In this document: piece after piece, positions 38,629 through 50,900 of the stretch | How positions within the stretch are numbered: the first letter of the stretch is position 1 | Layout of the letters: every line of letters starts with the position of its first letter | Assembly: GCA_965153455.1 (NCBI GenBank) | Contig: OZ234493.1 | Span: 13,878,213-13,942,212 of the forward strand | Reading direction: 5' to 3' | From: Sphagnum compactum | Lineage: Eukaryota | DNA: 64,000 bases | Translations under genes and position numbers: made by a program | The notes under the pieces: model-generated | Databases searched by the model: none | Seen by the model: only the letters and a program-made list of their open reading frames with translations | What the model was told of the DNA's origin: nothing

Positions 38629-39742
38629 CTTGGCAGTTCCAACACAAATTATATTATTTTTAAAAATGTTGAAATATTCAAGTATTTGTTTATTTGCAGA
38701 CATCAAAACTTTGTGAACGAAAGAGTTGAATTTTCAACAAATTATTTTTTTCGAATGAAAAATTCAAATTTAATTAATTATCCCACAAACATATGATGAA
38801 GTTGGCAAGATACTACAGTAGCCTGCTATGTGTTCACAACTACATCTATCTATGAAGGAAGGTTGTTTGTTTTGTTTTGTAGTTATGAGATCCACCAAAC
38901 TGGGTGCCTCAGATGGTATTCTTGATGTTGTTGGACAGCTCTTGATGAGGGGGTGCATGGGCTTGGTTCCTTGGCGTTTTTTGAACTGGGCATGCAAAAG
39001 TTTTTTAATATTAAATGATTTCTTCACTGAAAATTAAATTAAATTGTAGCCGGAGGAAGTGGAATGTGCCTTTGGTGTTGTTGGAAAGATCGTGATGAGC
39101 AGTATTTAATGGAATTTATTTGGTAAGATTTGGATTCAACATGTGGGAGATGTGATGTTTAAGTCCTTTCTGCCACTGAAAATTCAAATAAATTCCGAAA
39201 AGCAAGGTTTTGCAAGGAAAAAATGGTTGAGGATGTGGTAACCCTTCGGCCGGGCCCAACCGCACAGTCCACACACTAGTTCCATACTAATTTATAGTTC
39301 ATGATCCTACAACTCATGAGACTCAGTGCCCCTGCCACCAGAATAGAATTCATCTGATGAAGGGATGAAGGATTGGAAAATCTTGGATGAAAACATTATG
39401 TTTTTGTTTTGTGGGCCAGCTTTAGAACCCACGCGCACTTTTGGAGTCACCTTTGTCATATTGGTTGGGAAGTGATCTGAAGCTGCACTTTTTGGATGCC
39501 ACGAAATTCATGCCAGATTCCCTTGGGCCAGAACCACAATCACAATACTCGTGTGCCACGTCTGTAGCGGTTCACTGCAGCCCCCTACAGACTTAGAATT
39601 GTTGAATTATGTCAAGTTTTTTTCATTTTTTGCATGTGAGGAACAGCGTGCGTGTTCTAGCTGGGTGACAAGAAATCCTCTGATCAAGGAATCGCGAAAG
39701 GTCGAACCACGATTTTCCTTTGTCGTCAGGGTACAGGTCTAG
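38629..39742 (+). repeat. Local direct duplication, copy B
   Basis: Matches 35163-36134 and ends about 460 bp upstream of the knottin precursor ATG. Confidence 0.9.
38845..39279 (+). mobile_element. Non-autonomous Helitron-like element, copy 3 (435 bp)
   Basis: A|TCTATCTATGAAGGAAGG...GC-rich subterminal hairpin region...CACACTAG|T. Confidence 0.8.
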
Positions 39743-40057
39743 GGTTTAAATAATGAATCATAAAGAACTAGTAATTTGCAAAAAGAATGTAAACCGGGTT
39801 GTGAAAATCGATTGTTATTATATATGCAAGAATCACCATATTTGAGAGGCGGTTGAGTTTGGAAAAAATAAAAATCTTGAGAACCTCTTCGCTTCTCACA
39901 AGCCCAAATATATATAGATAGATAGATTGGAAAAATGATCAGGTTCTCACAAAAGTGAGAACCGCCCCAACGCTGGTGTAGACGTATTTCCTTTGCTGAG
40001 AGTGAAGTGGGTGTACAGTAGTAACTATTCGGTGCAGGTGTGCTCCCCATGTGTGAA

Positions 40058-40063
40058 TATAAA
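40058..40063 (+). promoter_or_regulatory. Putative TATA box of the knottin precursor gene
   Basis: TATAAA about 145 bp upstream of ATG 40203, followed by a CT-rich 5'UTR-like stretch. AATAAA at 40637-40642 lies downstream of the stop. Confidence 0.55.
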
Positions 40064-40202
40064 CGCACAAGTTCTCACAGTCTCCTCACAATTTCTCTCA
40101 ATCTCTTTGCCGGTCGCGTCCGCCCTTCTGTCCATTCATCCGGTATACCGCTTGCGAGTGTTCTGGTTTGAGTGCTTGTTAAGAGAGAACTGTTTGGCGA
40201 TC

Positions 40203-40541
40203 ATGGCGATGACAACTTTCAAGGTTTCCACTCCTGTGCTTCATCTACTAGCCATTGCTTGCATCATGCTAGTGGTGGTGCAGGTGACTGAGGCCGCTCG
40301 TGAGCTTGACGACGGCGTTGGAGATGTACTAGTGAATCGTGAACACGTGGCATTTGCCCACACGAAGGCCGGGCTCACCGTTTTCCAGGCAGCTGCCTGC
40401 GAGCTTTTGCGCTTGCCCTGTGCCGTCCAGTCTTCTAACGATGCCAACTGCGGTCCAGCTGGTGGTTATTGCTTCTTCCCGCAGGATTGCTGCAGTGGAA
40501 AGTGCAATTATAATGGCATGCTTCCTCCTACGTGTGGCTAG
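40203..40541 (+). CDS. Secreted cysteine-rich precursor (signal + propeptide + C-terminal inhibitor cystine knot/knottin), 112 aa
   Basis: Hydrophobic signal (VLHLLAIACIMLVVVQVTEA|AR), then a pro-region, then C-terminal CGPAGGYCFFPQDCCSGKCNYNGMLPPTCG = CX6CX5CCX3CX9C. GC-rich coding-like composition, with TATA and polyA-like signals. Confidence 0.82.
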   Translation: MAMTTFKVSTPVLHLLAIACIMLVVVQVTEAARELDDGVGDVLVNREHVAFAHTKAGLTVFQAAACELLRLPCAVQSSNDANCGPAGGYCFFPQDCCSGKCNYNGMLPPTCG

Positions 40542-42477
40542 GACGCGGTCGCAGAACCTGAGAAGATCGTTAAGATCAGTGAATCTGACAATCGTTGTTT
40601 GTGGAGTTCATGTGTGCTTGCTTCTGTTTTTAAGCGAATAAACTCCCTGCAATCTGCCTTGCGATAGTGTTTCTTGTGCGGTGGAATGATGTAACACCAG
40701 AACGATAGGTATATAGTTCTGGTATATGGGAAGTCTATAAATCACAGTTATCGTCAGCTATTGTGCTCCCTAGCTCTGTTGGTCCACTTCTTGTATCATA
40801 TGTGACCGATACAATGTGGTGTGTGGAGATATATAATATGCGCATATATAGGCGCCCCAGTGTTTTCTTTATTTTGTCAATTTTGTGTTGTAGCTGAAGT
40901 GGCCATGATCCACAGGAAGATTCATCCAACTTTGGCTACAAGCTAATTTATATTATGAAAGTAAAAGTTTTAAGACATCTTCGTTGTTCTGGCTACCTGC
41001 TTGAACCATGCATAGAAATTTCACAAAGTTTCTGAAATTTTGGTTGAAGTCTGGCCATTGAGAATCAAAAAAACACACGATTTTAACACTTTTAATTTTG
41101 AGTACATCTTTTTGGCTATGAGTGCTCTTGTTTTATGCTGACAGGATGGCAAATTCGTGGTTGATTGAGCTACATATCCAAACTTAGCACAAATGCATTT
41201 GCGTTCGTGTCTGTGCTCTTTTTGAATTGCTGCTTGAACAGACAAAACCATGGAAAAGTGGTTTGATATTCAATGGCAAATTTCAACCGGAAAAATATGT
41301 TTTAGACTTTTCATGGAAAAACAATGCCCCAAATTCGCCAGATTTAGAAAAATAAAAGTTTTCAGATTTCCAGATTCTTATGATAAGTTGCACTACGTAG
41401 CTAAGAATATAGATAAGTTGTTTGTTTTCTTCCTACTCTCATATCTAGTCTGTAGCCAAATCTGGCTAAATCATCTCATCGGCGATCGTTACTTCAAAAT
41501 TGGAAAAAAAAACCCTGCCTGTTTCTTCTAGATGGAAGCCGATTCTTAGCCTAGATGCTTTGGCAAATTGGTGTAACTTCTTTTTTTCAGCAGGTTTTAA
41601 GTATGTGTGTCACATTTGTCAGCGCCTATACATGTTTAAATCACAATTCATGGTGGAACCAAAAAAACTGATCACCAAGGGCATGATTATCAAGGGGATT
41701 TATTCTATTATCAATCAAATTTCAACATGGGTAACTCTTTTTGTAAGAAGCAGGTTCAATATGCAGATATAAATAGAAAACTAAATGGCTACTAAGCAAC
41801 TAAATGGTTTACGGTTTGTACACAGGCCAGAGCTGAATTTACAACCTATCTACCTTTAGAAACAAACCCAACCCACATTTTTGCAGGCGAGGGACAAAAG
41901 AGAAAGAAAGCAAATGAGCTAACTGCCATGGTTAACTAGGGGACAGGAACCAACAGAAAACTGTTTCCTGACCAATTATCATCCATCCATCCATCTATCC
42001 ATCCATTCATGGTGCGCTCGTGGGTGCTCGTTTACTCTGGCAGAAAGGAAGCGCCTTCACTGTGTGTGTGTGTGTCTCTCTCTCGTTGCCACGTAACTAC
42101 AGAGGTGAAGGGGGAAGAACAACCCATCTTTGCTGCTCCTTCCCTCGCTCGCGCCAACACCTCAGTTTCCCAGGTCAGTGCACCGCATTACAGATCATCG
42201 ATCACCTCCCAGCTCTTGGTGCCAGTTTCTCGCTGTTGGGTAGTCCTAATAAACAAGCAAAGAGTTTTGGAGTTTTGATGTTTAGATATAGGGGTTTGTT
42301 TTGTGAATTGTGTGTTTTTTTCTGGGATCACCCATGCTATTGATTTCTAGATCTGTGTTTTTCGAGATGGGTTTTGGTGGCGGAATCTATGGGGAGGAGA
42401 AAACTTGTTGGGGACTGACTGACTGACTGACTTGCTGACTGACGTTGCATGGTGGGGGAGGATAGGGTGTCAGGACA

Positions 42478-43577
42478 ATGGCTGATTCACTGGAGGAAGG
42501 GGACTATAGAAAGGAGGGCTACTATGGCACCTTTCAGTCTGGGCTACCGCAACCTGTGCCTCCCAGTTCAGGCCCTGATTATTCTGGGCAATATCCATCC
42601 GTCACAGGTTTGTTTTTGCTCCTTCTTCTTGCTGGTCCTGCTGTGTTCATTTCTTTGCTCATGATTGGTTCTGAATGTTTTTGCAAACCCTAGAAATATA
42701 CATTGCTCTATGCTCCTCACACAATAAAGCACAACTACATAACTCTTAGTTAAGGGGCTGGAAAACCATCACAAAGAATTTAATATGTTGAGTTTCTTAT
42801 GTGGTGCGACTCACTGGATGCTGCTAACTCTAAGGAAACAATCGTCTGTATGTTGTAGATTCTTGTCTTTGAAACCAACTTTGTTTGGTCAGATTCCATT
42901 GTGCCTTTTTGTATATTTTGTTTGGGTTTCAATTGTCCAATCAGTGCAAGATAACGGGTTATGTGATAATTCTCCTTACAAGAGAGGGATTCAGGAGCTG
43001 AATTTTTGGTTAGATGTAGTTCTGATTTGCCTCTGCTATCTAAAATGGCAACGGATGGGTGGATGTGATTTGCAGGCTATCCAGTATAGGGTACCCCCTT
43101 AAGGGGAGAGTATCATGAGATGCATCAACCTTCCATGCTGTGGCCTTGGATTTGGCTGGTTCCTGTAAGAAATCAAACTTTGCCTCTCATTTGAGTCACT
43201 TTTTATCTATGGATCTTTTACAAGCTCAGCAAGAACGTCCCTGAGCTGTTGATTTCACCACTTGCTGAAGTTGGGCAAGTGATGATTATTATTGATGCAA
43301 TGATGTGAAATGAATTGAAAACAGGTCTACGAAGTTGTGTGTCCGATGACAGTCCATGGTTTGCTGCATGATTGGCTTACATTTCTGGATCGTAGTGTAC
43401 CAGGGTTTCAGAGGGAGTGTATATTATCAAACTGATTTTGTTGCTTGTTGCTTGATGAATAGGTTCATCTTGGGCTCCTTCATTGTCTCGATGCCATGGT
43501 ATGTTGGAGCATTCATCTTCTTCTGCCTGACTTATGACCCAAGGGAGCGTAGCAGGTTTGCATCGTGTGCAATTGCC
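42478..43577 (+). pseudogene. Pseudogene of the plant 'ribosomal protein L18a-like' small membrane protein family (LPCCG..GW/DPRER family)
   Basis: Exon 42478-42607 (YGTFQ..PQPVPP); exon 43076-43164 (in-frame TAG at 43087-43089 and a frameshift before LPCCGLGFGWFL); exon 43463-43577 (FILG..PWYVGAFIFFC..DPRERS..ASCAIA). The last donor site and final exon were not found. Confidence 0.75.
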
Positions 43578-46500
43578 TTAATGGACCACTTTTGTGCAAA
43601 TACTATGTTTAATACCAAGTTGAAACTAGGTCATCCCAGTTGCACTGTGTGGAAGAATTCTATGGGGCAAAGAAGCATTATTTCTCTTTATGGTCAGCAA
43701 CTTAGGGGCTTTCTGATAGATCTTGAGGCAAAAACTATTAGGATCCTGATCAGAACCTGAAAGGTTTTCTGATGGGTCTTGCTGGTGTCAGAAATATATT
43801 AGGGTTTAAGGTTTAGGCTGTTGTATGGAGAATCTTTCATCGTTAAACTAGTTGCAGACTGAGCTTTGAGGGTTGACTGAGGAGGCTCAAGGTCATTAGA
43901 CACCATTTCTGATGCTTTTATTTCAACCACTTTGGGGACTGCAAACCAGTGATGACATTTATGGGATTAAAAATAAAAAATGCTCACTTGAATGCAAAAT
44001 CTTGTTGTAGCAACCAAGCATGGGTTCTGAGATACCTAACCTGTTTTGCTTCACAAATGGTTGTAGCCTTATCCATTGTGTGGCTTTTCTAATGTAAGGT
44101 AGAACCAATTAACCCTTAAAATGCCTAGGGTTTCCAAGTGTAGGAGGAGACGTTTCAGGCCACAATTGTATGGTCATCTAGTATTGTTAGTTGTAGTAAT
44201 TAGTTGTGGGGGTGTGTCTGAAGTTATTTTATTTTTATTTTTTTTCCCTATGTGACACAGGAATACCTGAGAAAACACTTAGCCTAAAAGAACCCTCACC
44301 CGTAGTAGCAACACGGTTTGAAATAGAGATGGCTTGCACTAGTTGCAACACCACCAACACTGTCTACCTGTAAAACGAATGTAAAATACAAAAACAAGGG
44401 CCTCCAAAGCCCTTCACGCTCCATGCCATGTTGGCACATCCATCAAGAAGCCTCATTCAAGAAGGTCAAGACCCCAATGTGGCTGCTAGTTCACCCTAGC
44501 TTCTTCTTTCATACACCTAAAGGTTTACAATTGAGACGTGAGAGAATCATGGTTGGCATCTTGCAGCACCAGATCACCACCCCCCCCCCCCCCCCCAAAA
44601 CTAAGGAATTTACAAAGTCACACATAAAAACACGCTAAGTCATTGCAAGTATTGGTCAACTGACCTCTTCACACCATGCGTGGTACCACAGACAATAATC
44701 AAACTAACAGTATTAGGGTCATGAAAAACTGGTCAAACCTTGGGGGGGATTGGGCGCAGCCTTTTTTATGCTTGATACACATAGCCAAAAAGCTATATTA
44801 AAAAATTCAAAGTGCTAAATTCAATTATTTTTTGGAGATTTTCAATAACCAGAATTTCAACCTAAATTTAAGAAAAATCACCAGATTTCTATACTTTGTT
44901 CAATGACGTAACCAAGAATATAGAAAGGTTTCTTAAAAATTTTACTTTCATGTTAGTATTGATCCTTTGGGCATTGACATATCATAATCCAAAGTAATGT
45001 ACAAGCCATTATATTCCTAGCAGAAGCCATGTGTTTGACTCTCACTGAAGCCAATCTATGAGCAGAAGCAAGTGTTTGATGTGTGGAAATTTATACACCA
45101 TGAAAAAGGTCATGTGAGAATGTTGATACCACAATTCCGAATACTAAATTGTAACAATGATATGGTCCAAAATCTGGTATTATGAGGGCCCATCCTGTGT
45201 GTTATATTTATTACTAATATTATAGGTATTATGTGGGACTTGCTTGCATACTGTTTGACAAAAATGTGTAGCCCAATTGGAACCACCACTAATAATAATT
45301 TCCATGAATTCAGTCCACTAGGGCTCTTAGTTCTCAGTTTAGAAATTAAAGATAGCTTAATATCATTAAAATAAAATCAAAAATCTGCTTCACCTCTACT
45401 ATTTCAAGTGGATGTTATCCAATGGTGATGTAAAGGTAATCTTTTGGATGATTTCATGCAGGCTTTTTTCAGGGATGTCTCTGGTCTCTACACCAACCAA
45501 ACAATCTTACAATGGGGATGCCTTAGCTATGACATTCAAGTTTTTATCAAGAGGGCCCAAATGGTTGAAATTGTTAAAACCTCAATTTTTTCTAAACTCG
45601 GTGTGGCCACATGTGTAGCCAAGCAACATGCTTATGAATGTGGACAAAGCCATTTTACAAGTTATAAGGTGCCTCTTGAAGTTAATTTGATCTAGTTCCG
45701 GACGATAGATAATAACAGCCAAGTTCAATGAATGAGGTATGGTGGATGTGGAAACACAATGCAAGATGCACATTCCATTGTGCACCGCTTCTTGGTTTTT
45801 GCAAGACTTGTTGGGTCAGGGTTTAGGGTTTGTTTTTCCAAATTGAAGACCCTTTGGTTTTGGGTTTAGGGAACATTTTCAAAAATAAAACTCGATGGTT
45901 TTGAGAGAAAATCCAAGAGAAACGATAAAGAACAACATAAAGAATAGCTACCCAACAACAATCTCCACCCACATGGGCCTATTTGGGCCTCTATTCAACA
46001 TAGGGAACAACTTAGAAAGCATCACAAAAATGTTTCTGTAAACGTCAATTTAATGCTACAATCAGGGATGCCTCTTAAAGCTTGAGGCTAGGACATAGGA
46101 TCGTAAGACCATAGAACTTTAAAACCCTAAACCCAATCCAAATTTAGGACCTTGGCACCTGCTTAAACCTACGACACTCGAACCTTGTAAAAGACTCATA
46201 AGACTCATCAGGTCCAGTTCTTGCCCAGGTTCGGGTCTAGGTCCACTTGGTGAGTTTGTGTCCATGTAGAATTATTGGGTCTAGTTCTTGGCTGGTCTCA
46301 GGTCTATGTAGACTTGCTGGGTCTGGTTCTTAGACCCGTATATAAACCTGAACGTGGCCAACACTTGTATATTCCCAATTTTGAATATGAACAAAGATGA
46401 ACATGCAATTTAGAGAATATCAATCAACAAAAATCCTAGTTGGACACATCATGCCAGAATTAGATATTACATGTCACTCATATAAATAATATCGCACGAC

Positions 46501-47604
46501 ATGGGCCAATTTGACACTGATTACACTATTTTCAGAAATGTTGATAATTCTGAACAAAAATAAAAAATTTGATAAAAAATTTGAGTATATATCATTTCCT
46601 GAAATGAAATCCTCAAATTTAATTAATTATTCAACGAACATGTGCCAAATTGACCAAGGTACTATGGTATTAGTTATGGCCCACCAAAAAAAGATGAGTA
46701 GATCTGATAAATTGCATAACATACATGGGTTATGTGAACTTGATGGGTCGTCCTCGAAATTTTTTCAAGCTGTGCGATAGGCTCCCCTTGAGGTGACAAC
46801 CCCACATAAAGATTGAGCTGTAAGTAGCTGGGTGATCTTGCCCCAAGGCATGCAAGTTTCAAAAGTTTATTGGGGCCTGTGTGTGACATTTTTTATTTCA
46901 TTCAACCTATCTTTGTGTTTAAAAGACAATAGAGTGATCTGTAACGGCTCACGATTAGGGGCCGAAAACGGCCAGTTTCGGCATAGTAGGGCATCAAACG
47001 TGTAACTCGGAATGAAATTTTTACTAAGCAAAAAAACTAGGACCCAACTAGTTTTCCCACCAATTTTGGTTTGTAAACTCAGTTTCATCCTGTCTTTCCT
47101 TTATCCTGGGCGCCTCTTCTGCTGCTGCATATGTTTTCACTCCTCCTGCCTGCACAACTATTACGTACCATAGTTACTCTCTCCAACCTTGTGCATTAAA
47201 TGCTGAGTTTCAGCACTTCATATTGAGATTTTATAAAATTTCCTTACTTTGCAGGTGCCACTGAAAGAGGGGATAGGGGGTGAAAGCAGGCCCAAAGACA
47301 GTGTGACTTCACACAGGGTGACTTTACAAATACCTTTAATATGTTAAATACAACCATTTTACCGCTAGTACCATGGTAAGCTGCAGACGCCTATTTTCAG
47401 TGTGTAGATTCCTTATGATAGAACTGTGGGCCAATATCTCAGAAACACAATATAACTCTTCAAAAGATGTTGTTCGTTCTTTTTCTTGTTCTCTTCACTT
47501 GCACATGATGAACAATCGCTGCAGATGCGATATTTCTGTACTTATAAAATGACTACCGAGCTAATTGAGTGTTGTTTTATAATGTTTTTTTCCTACGTCA
47601 AAAG

Positions 47605-47920
47605 AGTTGTTCTCTGTTGGGTCCACTTTTGGTCCCACCAGGTCCACTTGCGAATTGAATATTTGCTGGAGAAATATGAGTGAGAACAGGTCTGTTGGGT
47701 CCACTTTTGGTCCCACCAGGTCCACTTCTGAATTGAATCATTGCTGGAGAGATATGAATGAGAACATGACCTGGTGGAACCAGTTACCAGTTGACGGAAC
47801 AGCTTCTCATCCTACCATAACGAGGAGGGCTTTGCGGGCCAGAGTGAACTAGCAGCCACCAATGCACCAGTTGTCCACTGGATGGGCTGCATTTTTTCAT
47901 TCGACGTCAGACGGGGTTTT
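47605..47920. repeat. Composite repeat: inverted copy of 32590-32952 joined to a direct copy of 33058-33150
   Basis: TTCTCTGTTGGGTCCACTTTTGGTCCCACCAGGTCCAC (reverse complement of the 78-bp unit), followed by GGGCCAGAGTGAAC.AGCAGCCACCAATGCACCAGTTG. Confidence 0.8.
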
Positions 47921-50900
47921 TTCATTCAAGCCCTTAACCTTCTAATCCTAATTATCAATTTATTAAGGTTCGCCCTAATTCATGGATGATGAACATAGGT
48001 CCCATATGTAATTATAACAAACAATTTATAGTGGAAACAATGTTATAATTACAACCATTTTGGTTTAATTAATGCATATTTTACTAAATTTTGTTTACCT
48101 AATTTATTTATGGAATAGACATTATAATACATCTTTCCATATAATTATTATAAATATGTACTATTGGATTATGGTTTAGGTTTAAGGTTGGAACACATAA
48201 ATTAGTTAGCAAGTTTTTTACAAATTTATAATAATTAACTTAAATTAGGCTAAATTGGGGGGTGGGGGGGGGGATTTTAGGGTTTTAATATGTGTGAAAT
48301 AATACAATTTCATTCTATATCTTTTACAAAGAGAGTGCAAAAAAAATAGTTTGGAGAGATCACGCAAAGGGTAAAAAACATTTTTTTTTTTTGTTCTTTT
48401 ACAAAATTTATTTTACTGTTTTTGAAGATTAAAGGTTTTTTCAATGAATAAAGTTTTAAAATTTTGTTTCTAAATTTTTTCCTATTTTTTTAATAAAAAA
48501 TTTGCATTATATAATTTGTATAATTTGTATAGTTTTTTGGGTTTAGGGCAAATTTCACTAGGATCATTTTTTGTTAGGGTTTGATAGTTAAGGTTGTAAT
48601 ATGGTTATGGCAAAATATCATTTGGATTTTTAGGGTTATGCCTTATGGTTTTATGTTTACGAATTTGGTTCATATATTTCAAGGCTTAAAGTTTATACTC
48701 TAGACATTGCTCATTGTATTGGTTTTTTATTTTATCACCTGTTTAGATCTATAACATAATTATGAATCTCCTTTATTTTTATACGTTCCATAGTTGTTAA
48801 AGTTCAATATTTCGTAACCCACTTTTGTTTAAATGTAATACCCATATCATATTGTGATAATTCATTAACCATGAAACATAGAAATATTTTAAAAATACTT
48901 GATCCCCCTCCAATACATCATGAAATTCATGTTTTCAAATTTATTTATTCACCTTACAGTATGATTTAACATACATAAAAATGAACACAATACAAAATTG
49001 GCCACATTGATGATACAAGGGGTTAGGGTTTAATGTAAAATTTACTACTTAATGTTCAAATTATGGTTTAGGTTTAAACTTTAGGACATATAAATTAATT
49101 AAAAAAAAATTACGAATCTTAATTAATTAAAATAAATCTAGGGTGCATTTTGGGCGAAATTTTTAGGGCTTAAACATATGTAAAACAATGCAATGTCATT
49201 TTATATTTTTTTAACGAAAGTGAAAGAACTGAACTTGGAAATTGATATACATTTTTTTGTGTTTCTTTAAATGCAATACCCCCATGTCAGGTCGTTTCAA
49301 AATAACCAATATGTAGTTTGGGTGACCTTTCCATGAAAACCAAAGCTTATATGCAATATTTGCATGCAAATTCATTTTGAAATAATCCATAGGTGATTTA
49401 TTTAGACAACCTTAGGTGAATAATCAACCTAAAATGCAATATCCAAATGTAAAGTCACTTGAAAATAAGTGGTTTGGGTACCCAATATATGTTTTTTTTA
49501 ATATTTAAATTAATTTTATAACAATTAATTATCTTGAATAATTATAAAAAATAATGATTTGAATAACATATCACCATAAAAAATGTCATAAAAATAATAA
49601 ATTAAATATCAAATTATTATTTTGATTTTTAAATCTAAATTTTAATTATCTGAACAATTAAGGTTCAACCAAATCATCAATTAATTTACATTTACAAATA
49701 TATGGTTGTTTAAATATGGTAATCAGTCATTTACATTATTTAAAATATTTTTTTATTAATTCCTTAATTATGACATTATTTGTTGATAGTTAAATTAGAT
49801 TATTATGTCATATGAGTCCCACAAATATTATAATGGAAACCTGTATGTAAATAATGCAAAAGGTGTTAAAAATCAATAATTATTTATGGACCTACATGCG
49901 GGTATTGCGATGGATGTAAAAAAACCAACAACCTCAAATATAATGTAACAGCTTCCCAACATGCTGATGAACAATATAACTTACAATTTACAACTCACAC
50001 CTTACACCCTAAAAAAGTTGATACCCATACCATGGCATCAATGCTCATAAATAGTTGTGTATGAATATAGATCATGGTACCTAAAATGTTGTTACCAGTC
50101 AAATATGATATGAATCGAAATATCCAATTTTCACATACCATGGCAATATGGTTTCAACCGCAGTACAATGAGCAAACCATACCCATCTAGTCAGATATTT
50201 TCATACTCATATTGATACCCAGGTTCATATATGAATACAACCTATATAACTAGTCCAACATTGGTCAAAACCCAAAGTTGATTGAACAAAAAAAACTATA
50301 GGTGGTAATTGGTGTTATTAGGACCTATTCCCGAGCCTATTCCCGATCAAAAATGGTGTTGTTTTGTATTATGAAAATAGCCCATTCCACCCAAGAACAC
50401 ATCTAACCAAGTTTGTTTTTCTTAGGTTGTAACAAGTTCTATTAGAACCTGTTTCCAACGTGTAATAGATACTATAGGAAGGATTCATCCATTCTACCTT
50501 GGAACACATCAAGTCAGGTCATTCTATTAAATGGCATTGATTAATGTTTTCAAGTTAGGGTCTGTTCCAATTTGTAATTTGTACTTTGGTGTTGTTTTAG
50601 AGTTGATTCACATCACAAGCAGAATGGTGAAACCAAAAGTGAAACCGATAATCAACGGTTATAGAATTTTTTTAAAAAACCCCTTCAAAAGTATTGGAGT
50701 AAGACACCAAAACCAATTACATACTATGGAACAAGCCCATTCCATGACCTTAGGAAGGTGACGAGCTTAGTATGGCAACTGAAATTCCATTTCCAAATAA
50801 AATCATTAGGAAATTATTATGTGGTGATAAATTTAATTATATATCTAAACAAGATGCAAGAATTAGATTTTTTTGAAATGCCCATTTATTGTCTTAGATG

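Noticed and set aside
35163-39742. LTR retrotransposon (paired ~1 kb direct repeats)
   Set aside because: No TG...CA ends, PBS, PPT, TSD or gag/pol sequence were seen. The interior is an hAT relic.
39993-40202. 70-aa N-terminal extension of the knottin ORF
   Set aside because: It starts at a non-ATG codon and spans the TATA box. ATG 40203 directly precedes a signal peptide.
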